From IMG/VR virus record IMGVR_UViG_3300030104_006170: a stretch of DNA of 64,000 nucleotides. One strand, written 5' to 3'. The notes beneath the pieces were generated by a model. That model was not told the DNA's origin, did no database searches, and was given only the letters and a program-made list of their open reading frames with translations. This DNA is from a virus. Lineage: Duplodnaviria; Caudoviricetes. Positions 21,001 to 31,600 of the stretch are shown piece by piece. A program made the translations under genes and the position numbers. Each line of letters opens with the position of its first letter. Within the stretch, counting starts at the first letter, position 1.

Positions 21001-22855
21001 CACATTGATTAGCCGTTGTAAAGGAATTACCTTGGGTAAAGAAATATATTTTTGCTGGTTCAATTGTACCAAGAGTTATATTAATATCTAGTTGTGAACC
21101 ATTTTGTATTGTATAAGGTCCATATACCGAATCATTTTGGACTATCCCTATATAAGAACCAAACCACCCATCTCCAGCTCCATCAGTTAATCTTACTGTA
21201 TAGTTACATGCAGGATTTATTAGTTGTTGATTAGCAAGAGGGTCGTAGTTAAACGCATTTGAATCTAGACATCCAAGTATAACAGGTGTTAGACATGACC
21301 CATCATCTATAACAGCAAGTGGGTTGTATTCGACGAATCCAGGGTCTGTACATCCTGTTGGTGGTCCTGATGTACCACATGGAGTTATATTACCTAAAAA
21401 TGCATTTTCTTCAAATCCAAAATTAGTATTAGGTGGACCTAAATAAAATAGAGTATCACCACAAGATGGGTTTATAATTAGAACTTCACCATCTATACCA
21501 CCATAACATGAACCACACATTCCATCACCGAACGAATCGAATAAATTAAATTGTAGTGCTACTGTAGTATCCACACAAATAGGTGTAGCTACTGGAACAC
21601 CTGTAGTAGTATATTGTGGACTAGTTGCTATAACATTATCAGTTAATGTATCAACTAATTCCCATGAAGTTTCTTCAGAGTAAGTATCCGGAGTAAGTAG
21701 AACTAAAAGTTCAGTTTGACCAGGTGGACATGTTGTTGTAACATTCCCACATATTCCATTATCTATATTTGCAAATGGATTAAATCCAGGTGCAGTTGGG
21801 TCAGTACAACCTACAATACAAGGGTCTGGTGTAACCCATAGTGTATCACTATAAGTACCATCTTGGAATTTAACAAAGAAAAAGTGTGGTATATCTTCTG
21901 TTACAAAATTACCCCCTGCTTTTACATCAAATGTATTTACGTTATTATTAAGGTAAGTTACTTCCCAAATAGTATATGGAAATGTTGTAGGTGGTGTAGA
22001 ACCGATAGGGACACCTCCTTGAAAAAATTGACTTTGTACAAATGGAGAAGCAGTTAAATCATAACCGTAATGTATTTGGCTAACATCACAGTTAGGACCA
22101 AATCCTGTAGTTAACCACTGAAATGATAATTCTGTTTGATTACCGTTACATGATTGTGTTACTGAAGACGTATCAAATCCAGAACAACTTGGGTATATAC
22201 AGTTATCTAGAGGATGAGTTGCTGTTGAATCAAAGTTGAGAGCGTTTGGGTCCATACATCCCCACGCAAATATACAATCTGTATCACCTTCTTCAGTTCC
22301 CCAAGATGGGACTGTAGCTAATGAATCATAGTTTAATGCTTCATCATCCATACAACCTGGTATAAAGGTAGTAGGTGGAGCACAAGGTGCGATAGTTAAA
22401 GTATCGATAAATGATGCGGCTGTATTTGGTCCTCCAAATATAATTCCTGGTGTTGTCCAACCGTTAGCTAATGCAAGTGAATCCCCACCAAATGAAGGGT
22501 CATTAGGATTTTCATAACCTTCATTTTGTACAAATGCTAAAGTATCCTGACATTCGTTAGTGATAAGAAAATAACCAGAAGGATAAAATCCATCACCATA
22601 TTCATCAAATAATTCTATTCTGTATTGGCCTGAGTATAACGGTATAAACAATTCTACTAATTCACCGTCATCGTAATCACCCATCCACCTATCAGCATAT
22701 ATCGTATCATCTTCATTGACGGGTAAGTGCCATAATATCCATTCTGTTTCTTCTGGCCAGTTATCTAGTTGAACGTCTAGTTTAATCCAACTATCAGTTT
22801 GAGCAAAAGAACTAAAAGTTAGTAAGCTAAATAGAAACAATAAAAAATTTCGCAT
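18044..22855 (-). CDS. 1603-aa secreted adhesin-like repeat protein with T9SS type-A CTD
   Basis: Signal peptide; about 33 GC(T/M)D..A.NY...AN.DDGSC repeats; C-terminus VYPNPTRD...VYDLLGN...SQGIYDLRI...KVIKQ. Confidence 0.88.
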   Translation of the reverse strand: MRNFLLFLFSLLTFSSFAQTDSWIKLDVQLDNWPEETEWILWHLPVNEDDTIYADRWMGDYDDGELVELFIPLYSGQYRIELFDEYGDGFYPSGYFLITNECQDTLAFVQNEGYENPNDPSFGGDSLALANGWTTPGIIFGGPNTAASFIDTLTIAPCAPPTTFIPGCMDDEALNYDSLATVPSWGTEEGDTDCIFAWGCMDPNALNFDSTATHPLDNCIYPSCSGFDTSSVTQSCNGNQTELSFQWLTTGFGPNCDVSQIHYGYDLTASPFVQSQFFQGGVPIGSTPPTTFPYTIWEVTYLNNNVNTFDVKAGGNFVTEDIPHFFFVKFQDGTYSDTLWVTPDPCIVGCTDPTAPGFNPFANIDNGICGNVTTTCPPGQTELLVLLTPDTYSEETSWELVDTLTDNVIATSPQYTTTGVPVATPICVDTTVALQFNLFDSFGDGMCGSCYGGIDGEVLIINPSCGDTLFYLGPPNTNFGFEENAFLGNITPCGTSGPPTGCTDPGFVEYNPLAVIDDGSCLTPVILGCLDSNAFNYDPLANQQLINPACNYTVRLTDGAGDGWFGSYIGIVQNDSVYGPYTIQNGSQLDINITLGTIEPAKIYFFTQGNSFTTANQCGVQLINPVGTTTFSVGSNPWTDAIIPYPFNYTTLQDCGNNCIPVILGCMDSTAFNYNPTVNTDDGSCYYNPGCTSPAYLEYHTQGFVADFDDGSCLTLAEFGCTDSTAFNYNSYATVNWTSATDSANPCIPTILGCTDPTAFNFIPLTGNPYIDVNTNDNSCIPVINGCTDSTMWNYNSLANTDNGTCIPFIYGCTDNLAANFNALANTNDNSCYYNPGCTDNNFIQFYTQGFVADYDDGSCLDSVVYGCTDPTMFNYDSLANIDNGSCIPFIYGCMDVTAFNYDPLANAEYTPSNCISTILGCTDPTALNYDANANTDDGSCIPILYGCMDSTMFNYNPLANVDNGTCTPFIYGCTDVNASNYDPTANTSDNSCYYAPGCTDPNFIQFWNQGFTADYDDGSCLDSVVYGCMDPSQFNYNPLANLSDNSCVPYIYGCMDTTMFNYDATANTDNGTCEPFVYGCTDNAASNYNPLANTEDGSCYYAPGCTDPNFIQFWTQGFTADYDNGSCVDSVIYGCMDPTQFNYNSLANLADGSCIPFVYGCMDTTMWNYNPAANTDNGTCIPFIYGCTDVTASNYNPLANTLDGSCYYNPGCTDPLYLQFWTQGFTADYDDGSCIDLAVYGCMNPISFNYDPLANLDDGSCIAVVYGCMDDGIVIDYDGDGLPALNYNPLANTEDGSCITKVFGCMDPTMFNYDPLANVDNNSCIPFIYGCMDTTMFNYNPLANTQPANSCVPFIYGCMDDGQGNDFNGDGLPALNYDATANTNQVSATDVSDPCISQVFGCTDSTAFNYDPVANVDNGTCIATVYGCTDEYDFQGYLYTTYPNYLPGFSTVMVDNFDPLANTDDGSCLYYDLTTVTGAGNPYWLNDSCYAWVVYEVDPYCLNNTWDGFCQSQYDYCEFGTPLSLDDMVGRDQILVYPNPTRDKVHIKSKNEINVDVYDLLGNHIIHKENAQEIDMSNFSQGIYDLRITFKGIIINHKVIKQ
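18440..21360 (-). repeat. array of ~30 Cys-bracketed ~26-aa coding repeats with 4-unit super-periodicity
   Basis: Counted from the translation (3 more copies lie further N-terminal); boundaries approximate. Confidence 0.85.
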
Positions 22856-22897
22856 AAATATCTTTTAAAATAAATATCCTTTAATTAGAAATGATAC

Positions 22898-23170
22898 CTA
22901 TATGTTTGTATTGGAATTTTTTTCGTGGTCTCTTAATTCTTTTACGTTACTATTCATTTGTTGTTTCCAAGTTTTGTACTCGGCTTTCAATTGTTTAGTA
23001 AGGTCGGAGGTAGGTTCTAAACCTACATATTTTACCACATCATTTACGAGTGTATGGTCCTGTATTTCTTTTACGTCTTTGTTGTATGAAAACTCTATTA
23101 TTTTTTTATCCATTGCTTCAAATAATAAGTGTCGTATTTTTCTTAACTGTTTCTCAGTTATCTGGTTCAT
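22898..23170 (-). CDS. hypothetical protein with I/L-x-E leader
   Basis: MNQITEKQLRKIRHLLFE|AMDK. Confidence 0.55.
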   Translation of the reverse strand: MNQITEKQLRKIRHLLFEAMDKKIIEFSYNKDVKEIQDHTLVNDVVKYVGLEPTSDLTKQLKAEYKTWKQQMNSNVKELRDHEKNSNTNI

Positions 23171-23451
23171 ATCATTATAAAAACTGGAGTATGTAAACCA
23201 ACATATGAACCTATCACATTAAACTCCATAAAATCAATTGCGTCAGTCCTAGTGAGGTCGTCTCTTTCCATGAGTATATTTAGACATTTTTCATAATCAT
23301 AAGCCACAATAGGTTCTGTACCAAACTGAATACACATCCCTAAGATTGCTTCATCGAACCCATCAGCCATCATAGCTTCAGGATTTATCTCTGCTATTTC
23401 ATCAATTGTAAGTTTTGTTTTATTCATATAACAATTATATTTAAAAAACAA
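23167..23451 (-). CDS. conserved phage hypothetical protein
   Basis: ADGFDEAILG...VAYDYEK...EFNVIGSYVG..TP motif pattern common in aquatic phages (recognised from memory). Confidence 0.6.
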   Translation of the reverse strand: MFFKYNCYMNKTKLTIDEIAEINPEAMMADGFDEAILGMCIQFGTEPIVAYDYEKCLNILMERDDLTRTDAIDFMEFNVIGSYVGLHTPVFIMI

Positions 23452-23980
23452 CTTTAGGTAAATAGTATTTTTTGGATGAGAAGTAATTTTTATTTTGTAA
23501 CTCTGGTTCTACATTTAGTATAGTGTATTCCGCTTTATAATTAAACCCATTTATCTCTTTTTGATAGGAGTTATAAAATGTAAATATTGTACCTGTTTTA
23601 GTGTGGTTTGGGATTAGTTTTTTAAATATTTCAACCCTATTATCTTTCCAAGTATCATACATAATACCATCATATTGTTTATTGGGTATAGAATCTAACC
23701 AATCTCCTTTAATAGGGATTACATTTGGTTTATCTTCTGCCCATTCTACAAGTTTATCGAATACTTGGTCATGAATTTCTATTATAGTGTGGGATTTTAC
23801 ATTATGTTTTTGTATAAAATTAGAACATATACCCATTCCAAATCCTATCTCTAAAATGTCACCCTTATTTTCTGTAACAATTTCTGCATGTTTTTTCATC
23901 ATAGGAGTTTCCCAGGACATCATTACTTCTGCACCGGTTTCATCTAATATTCTATCCTCTAAAAATATATAATTACCCAT
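23441..23980 (-). CDS. class I SAM-dependent methyltransferase (RMT2/GAMT-like)
   Basis: MMSWETPMM..HA, ILEIGFGMGI, HTIIEIH, YDGIMYDT. Confidence 0.85.
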   Translation of the reverse strand: MGNYIFLEDRILDETGAEVMMSWETPMMKKHAEIVTENKGDILEIGFGMGICSNFIQKHNVKSHTIIEIHDQVFDKLVEWAEDKPNVIPIKGDWLDSIPNKQYDGIMYDTWKDNRVEIFKKLIPNHTKTGTIFTFYNSYQKEINGFNYKAEYTILNVEPELQNKNYFSSKKYYLPKVVF

Positions 23981-25648
23981 CTATTCACAAGCTGTTATTT
24001 CTGTTATCTGACAAGTTGCTGCTTTAACATGGAAACATGAACCACTTCTTAAACCACATTTATTTGAGTAGTAAATGGTGCCCTCACCACCTTCACATGC
24101 ACAAGACTCGTTATCATAAATATGATTACCTGTTGATGGAACATCACCTGATGCTGCATCCGTATAATATTCCGAACAGGCCAGTGTACACGCTCTCTCA
24201 CAACCGAAAGTACCAGCTGCTGCTAAAGAAATCGGGTTACATGCAGTTCCTCCTGTACCACATGTGGGTGCATCAATAGAGTCACCCATAAATAAAAGTG
24301 TTTCATCATCTTGTGATGCATTTAAGTCTGTAAACCCAAAACACTCTGTGTTTGCTGAAAAGAAATCACCTTCAATAGCAGTTGTAAATCTTGTTGTATA
24401 AACAGTATAGGTGGATGAACCTGTAAATGTTTGTGTCCCATGTAAACAACCGTTTGAGTCATAACGTGATATACTTCCAGGAGATTTAGCTATGAATGCT
24501 ATATAATTTGATGTTGCGTCTGGCATTACTGTAAATTTTTGCATTGCTCCATATGCAACATGGGGTGACATCTCTGAACCATCACCGTCCGCTTGTTGTT
24601 CACAAGCAAATAATTGCATAGGGTCAGCTGTACCCCCATCATTAGGGTCTGAAAAGGTTTTTACTCCTGGACCTAAAAACCTATGTCCTCCTTTAGCTGT
24701 GGTAGTAATGTCTGTATCAATTCTTACTGACACTGCTGCTGGGGTGGTGTTTACCTCGGTTGTTAATACACCGTTAGAATTTCCTATTAGAATTTTTCTT
24801 TGAGTTGTAGTCCCAGCTCTATTTGCTGTAGCGTTATTAGTCATTAAAATATGTCCGTTGGTTGAGTACCATCCGAATTTAGGTTCGGAAGTCATAGGGT
24901 ATAAAGGCATACTGTCTAAAGAAGCTCTCATTCTATAAACACATATTGGTTTAGTGGCGTATATAAAATAATTTCTAGTTTGACTTAAATTACAGGTAAC
25001 CGCACTATATTGTGTTACACTATTAAAAGTTTGTTCAACAGTTAAACTTGTTACCTCAGAATTACCGACTGTAGTGTAAGCTACTTGTATTGAGTTGGAG
25101 GCTTCTAGAGATATTATTAGTAATCCCATTAGTGCGTTTCTATCGACTCTTGTCGCGAAAGTATATCCTGCAAATCCAGCGTATGCACCAGTTAATGCTG
25201 GATAGGTAGTATTATTTAACATAAAAGGTTTATTACCTTCAATTCTATCACCCACCGCTAAACTAGCAGTAGTAGAAGACATCGCAGTACTTATGGTTGC
25301 TAAAGATGAACCATTTTTATAAATGGTTGTAGAATTTTTAAAAGCTCTCACTTTATAAGTTCCAGCAACACTAATAAAAAACATATTGGAGAAATCTCCT
25401 AAAGCTGCACCGTTTTTCATATATTTGTAATACCCAGTAGTATTACCCACAGCGTTAGTTCCTAAGATTTCAAAGTTATTTAAACTTAAATCATCACCAC
25501 CACCCGTAATTGTAGAACTGGGAATAGCAGCTTCCATACCAGTTAAATCTGCCATAGTAGCTAGACTAATATTTGTATCTAATGCACTAGTTCCTGAAAT
25601 AAAAGTCTGGAGGTTATCGTGTACCCCTTTTATTGTAGTAGAACCCAT
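23981..25648 (-). CDS. virion structural/tail-associated protein
   Basis: T/S/G/A-rich beta protein directly downstream of the giant fibre gene; Cys-rich C-terminus. Confidence 0.55.
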   Translation of the reverse strand: MGSTTIKGVHDNLQTFISGTSALDTNISLATMADLTGMEAAIPSSTITGGGDDLSLNNFEILGTNAVGNTTGYYKYMKNGAALGDFSNMFFISVAGTYKVRAFKNSTTIYKNGSSLATISTAMSSTTASLAVGDRIEGNKPFMLNNTTYPALTGAYAGFAGYTFATRVDRNALMGLLIISLEASNSIQVAYTTVGNSEVTSLTVEQTFNSVTQYSAVTCNLSQTRNYFIYATKPICVYRMRASLDSMPLYPMTSEPKFGWYSTNGHILMTNNATANRAGTTTQRKILIGNSNGVLTTEVNTTPAAVSVRIDTDITTTAKGGHRFLGPGVKTFSDPNDGGTADPMQLFACEQQADGDGSEMSPHVAYGAMQKFTVMPDATSNYIAFIAKSPGSISRYDSNGCLHGTQTFTGSSTYTVYTTRFTTAIEGDFFSANTECFGFTDLNASQDDETLLFMGDSIDAPTCGTGGTACNPISLAAAGTFGCERACTLACSEYYTDAASGDVPSTGNHIYDNESCACEGGEGTIYYSNKCGLRSGSCFHVKAATCQITEITACE

Positions 25649-25650
25649 AC

Positions 25651-28600
25651 TTACTTATTCTTTAATTCTTCGATTTCGGCTTTTAGTTCTTTAATTGATT
25701 CAATCAATAGTGGAACTATTTTTTCATACCTCACACCTTTATACCCATTTTCTCTTGTGGTTACTATCTCAGGTAAAACTTTTTCTATTTCTTGTGCTAT
25801 AACCCCAATATCATGTCCTTCATTACCATGTTGTGTTTTCTTTTCTTCTTTAGTTAATTTTTTCCAATCAAATTCTACCCCACTTATTTGAGACACTTTA
25901 TCCAGAGCATTTTCTATTGGTTGGATATTTTCTTTCCATCTTTTATCTGACGATGAATATGCTACCACATCATTACTAGCATCAATTCTACCGTCCGTCC
26001 CGTTTGGATTAACTCCTACCCCTAATGCTCCTGAATTAATTCTAATGTCACCAGTTACATCCAATGAATAACTTGCAGAAGCCATATTAACACCAACTTG
26101 GTTGTTCTCTCCGTCAATCTGTAATGCTGGTGTTCCATCTGCTGCGGCACTAGTATCAGAATAGAATCTATGTCTAATATCCGAGATATAATCTAAATCA
26201 CCAACAGAAATACCAAAACCATAATCACCATTATATAAATCTATGTGTGAAATACTCGGTCCACCTGAACTATCATAATAATTACCAAAATGAAGTTGTG
26301 GTGTAGGTGCTGCAGCTGTGGTTCCACCTTCTAAATTTAGTACTCCTTTTACATCTAAACTATCCTGGTCTTCATCCCATAACATGTACTTGCCTGATGT
26401 AGCTCCAAAGAATTTAACATCATAACCAGTATCATCTACACCAACAGTGAAAGTACCATCTAGTTGTACATTACCATCTATATCTACAGCGTCTAAATTT
26501 GATGTTCCATCAACATCTAAATCTCCTGTAATGTTGGTTTTTCCTGAAACTCCTAGTACACCGGTTACATCAACGTTTGTTGTTGTACCTGATGGTTTTA
26601 TTCCGGTTCCACTTCCATTACCTTGCCAATATGTAGCAACTGACGAGAAGTCTGTAAGTCCGGTTAATTGTGCTTTTGTTATTGATTCTACAACACCAGA
26701 AGTTTGTTTTACCAAAATTCTTTCTGCACTAGTCGGAGTGGGGGTTGTAGTTGCAACACTATCTAAGTCTAAAGTACCCCCTATCGTAGTATTACCCATA
26801 GCAGATAAGGTACCGTTTATATTTGTATCTCCAGATACACCCAAATCATTAGTTAATATTGTATTACCAGAAATTTGTATTTCACCGGTACTCATTTGTA
26901 AATCCTTACCATGAATAATACCACCTATATTCATTTGGTAGTCTCCTGTCGCGGATGGAACGTCTTGTCCAGGACCTATTACAATATTAAAGTCTCCTGA
27001 TGTAATAGCATCACCAGCTTGTGACCCTATACCAATATTATCGTTACCACTAGTAAGATTACCTAAAGCGTTACTACCTACACCTAAATTTCTATCACCA
27101 CTAGTTAGTGTACCTACCCCAGCACTAGAACCACCACCAACTGAATAATTACCCATTCCAACATTATCACCTCCAGTGTTAGAACCTGAATTGTTACCAG
27201 CACCAGTACCTATACCAAAGAAAAGATTTCCTGTACCATTAACATTATAACCAGCAAGATAACCTACTACAACATTGAATTGTCCTGATGTCGCAACACT
27301 ATTCCCCAACGCTGATTTTCCTATAGCGGTATTTCCATTTTGGGTTGTTGTGTATCTTAATGCACTCTCTCCTATACCTGTATTCCATTCACCAGTCGTA
27401 ATAGAATACAAAGATTTGTAACCTATTGCTGTATTCCCGTCAACGTCTTGACCACCTTGTTGACTATATAAAGCTTGGTAACCTATCGCGGTGTTGTATT
27501 GATGTTGTGTTGTGTTTTGTCCTGGGTTCCCTGCTTGATATCCTATGTAGGTGTTTGCACTTGTACTTGCTGTTTCAAATACTATTAGGTTTTCTATTTT
27601 AAAATCACCGTTTCCAGTTACTTTACCATTAAATAGAGTTTCTCCAGAAACGCCTAGTTGGCCTATAACGTCCACATTAGTTGTTGTACCTGATGGTTTA
27701 ATTCCTGTGCCCGTCCCATTACCTACCCAATAATCAGATGTAAATCCTGTTAAAGCAGCTGTGGTTATTGATTCTATTTCTCCGTTGGATTGGACTACCA
27801 ATATTTTATCACTAGCAGTAGCGGTTGCTGTATCTACCGTACCTAGGAATGTTCTTCCGGTTACACTTAAATCACCACCAAATCTTGCATCTGTTCTACC
27901 GGAAGTTACACCACTAACATTTACATCCCTATTAAATGTTGCACTTCCTGCTTCAGACATATCAAGTAATAAGGCATCTATTGTACTTGCAGCGTCTTGA
28001 CCTCTAAATATAATATCTTTGTTGTTAGCCTCTGCCTTGATAATGAAGTGTGAAGCGTCTCTTTTAAATCTACCGAAGTCGGTACCGTCATCACTTAGTA
28101 TAATATCAGCACCATTAGCATCTAGTGTTATGTCCCCTTCAACATCAAGAGTGAAGTTACCAGAAGAAATATCTAGTTCAGCTGAAGTTAAGGTTGCGTT
28201 GCCAACGATAAAACCAGCACTACCTGCTTGTATCGAACCATCCACGGTTAATAATGAACTACTAACAGTGTCAGTTCCTATCGCTATTTTATCATTTCCT
28301 GCATCTAAAAAGAATAGATTTTGGTCGGTATTCCCTTCCATTCTAACATCTATGTCTACTCCTGTTTCATTAAAAGTTATTTCATTGTTAGTATCTTCGG
28401 TAAAGTCTAACATATTAACGTTACCGACTGTGATATTTATGTCGTCATCAGTAAATGTTATTTTAGTATCATCATCACCATCATGTTCTATTCTATCTAA
28501 TTTAATAGTAGATATGTTTGTTATATCAGTATTATCATCACCAATTATATTTCCATTTGCAGTTATATCACCACCTATTGTTATATTGGTTGTAGCTCCT

Positions 28601-31600
28601 GATGGTTTAATTCCTGTACCAACACCATCCTCTACCCAGTATAAACCTTCAGTAACACCAGTTAATTGTGCTTTTGTTATAGATTTAACTACCCCACTAC
28701 TATCTTTAACCAATATTACCTCTGTACTAGTAGGTGTTGGTGTAATTGCTGCTACACTATCTAAATCTAAAGTACCGGTTACTGTTAAGTTATCGTTTAT
28801 AGTAGTTTCAGATGTAGTATGTCCTATCGAGATAGGTACAGCGGATGTAGCTGTACCAATGGTAATACCATTAGTTGTATTTGAGTTATCTATATTTAAT
28901 GTACTAGTGGAGTCTAGAGATATATTAGTACCGTCTACTACTAAGGTTCCGTCTATATCAGTGTTATCTAGGTTGGAGGTTCCATCAACATCTAAATCTC
29001 CTGTAATTGTTGTATTACCCATAGCGGAAAGGGTACCATCAATGTATGTGTTACCTTTGACATATGTATTTCCAGTTACACCAAGATTTCCTTTAGTAAA
29101 TGTATCCCCAGTTATTCTAACACTACCATTAACATCTAATTTTACTGTAGGTGTGTTAGTACCGATACCTACATTATCTGTACTACCTTCAACATACAAC
29201 GTGTTGTCGTCGGAATTAGTTCTCACTTGAAAATCGACATCCCCTCCGTCACCAATTTTCACAAAGGTTGGAGACTCAGATATAGTAATAAGTTGTTCAT
29301 TCCCTGCGTTAATTCCAATAGAGTCATCGGCGAATTGTATGAATGTATCACTGTCACCAGCATGTTTAATATATTCAGCAACGAACAGGTCTCCACTTAT
29401 AGTGGTATCACCACTCACCCCTAATTGACCGGTTACATCAACATTAACAGTACCTCCGGATGGTTTAATACCTGTACCGCTACCATTACCTACCCAGTAG
29501 TCGGATGTAACTCCTGTTAATTGAGCTTTGGTGATAGATTTTACTACTCCGGCAGTATCTTTAACCAATATTACCTCTGTACTGGTTGGGGTTGGTGTAA
29601 TCGCTGCTACACTATTTAAATCTAAAGTACCACTTAATGTAGTGTTACCCATCGCGGAAAGAGTACCATCAATAAATGTATTACCTTTAACATAGGTATT
29701 TCCGGTAACCCCTAAATTCCCTTTGTTAAATGTATTCCCACTAATATTAACGTTACCTCCTTTAATTATTACATTATTATCAAGTAGTGTAGTGGTAGTA
29801 GGTGTAAGATATAATTTTTGGTCCCCATTTACAACTAAATTTAATCCGGTTCCGTTTTTATTGATGTATGTATTAGGACTGCCATCAGTACCGTCAAAGT
29901 ATACTTTATCTCCTTCGTCAATAAAGATATCATGGGTAGTTAAATCACCACTAATATTAGTTTTACCCGAAACTCCTAATACTCCAGTAACATCTACGTT
30001 GGTTGTAGTTCCCGAAGGTTTTACACCAGTTCCAGAACCATTTCCTACCCAATAATCGTTATCACCAATATCTGCTTTTAATTGAGCGGTGGTTAGATAT
30101 TCTATTTCACCATCTCCTTGAGCTACCAATATTTTATCTGCAGAGTAACTACCTCCTGCTGCACCTATATCCCCTAGATAAGTCTTACCAGACACACCTA
30201 ACTCATTCTTAACTAAAGTATTTCCGGAAATGTTAATTCCACTTGGTGTGGTTTCAAACTTTTTATTTGCATCATGATATAGGGAGACTGAACCGTTTGC
30301 GACACATCTTATATAATATTCCGTTGCAGCACCATCAGTAAAATCTAACGTATCTGCCTCAATCTGTAACACCCCACTACCCGCTGCTATCCTACCGTTA
30401 GTACTATCACTATAAATTTCTAAATCATTATCAGCACCTAACATTATTTTATCATTATCACCTAATATGGTATTACCACTAATGTTTAGAGTTTGTGCTG
30501 TTAGTCCACCACCTAATTTTATATTTGTAGTAGCCCCTGATGGTTTAATACCCGTACCAGTCCCATCCTCTTCCCAATATAGTCCTTCAGTAATCCCTGT
30601 CAGTTGTGCTTTTGTTATAGATTTTACTACTCCGGAAGTATCTTTAACTAATATTACTTCTGTACTAGTAGGTGTAGGTGTGATAGCTGCTACACTATTT
30701 AAATCTAAGGTACCGGTTAAAGTAGTATTACCCATAGCGGAAAGGGTTCCGTCAATAAATGTATTACCTTTAACATATGTGTTACCTGTTACACCAAGAT
30801 TTCCTTTATTAAATGTGTCACCTGTAACCTTTAAATTACCAGTTATGGTTGTTATTGAATTTGTTCCATTACCTACAGTTACATCAACTTCTCCATCAAC
30901 ATTACCTTCTTGTAATATTAAACCGTTTTCTAAATCTCCATCATGAGAAGCTATCTGTAAACTTAATTTACCACCTGCCTGACCTCCAGCAGATGCAGCT
31001 ATCTCACCTAATATTTGACCGTAAGTGTGTGGTCCAGTACCAGCGTCGTCTTCAGCGTCCCATTTAATTTTACCAATATCGTCACCATCAGCTCCAGCTA
31101 CTGACGTTTTATCAAATACAAACTCAGCACCATTAGCATCAGTATTAGTGTTCAGTAAATAGAACCTTGGTCTACCACTAACAGAAGAACTAAAGAAGTA
31201 ATTGGATGCATCTCCTCGGATATCTCCATCGGCTGTTTCAAACTTTATCTCACCAACAGCGTCTAATATTATATCACCACTACCTGTTGTATCAATATTT
31301 AAATCTCCTGTTGATTCTATATGATTGTCCGTACCATCGTGATAAATCTTTAAATCATTAGCGTCACCTAACATTATTTTATCATTATCACCTAATATGG
31401 TATTACCACTTACATTTAAAGTTTGTGCTGTTAAACCTCCATTTAATTTTATATCAGTATTAGTTGTACCACCAGAAGGTGTGATACTAGTTCCATCAGT
31501 ATTACCAGTCCAATAGTCGTTGTCACCTATATCGGCTTTTAGTTGTGCTGTTGTTAAGTACTCTACTTCACCATTTGATTGTGCTACTAATATTTTATCG

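Noticed and set aside
18440-21360. Regular repeats suggestive of a CRISPR array
   Set aside because: The repeats are in-frame, degenerate at synonymous positions and lack unique spacers; they are protein repeats.
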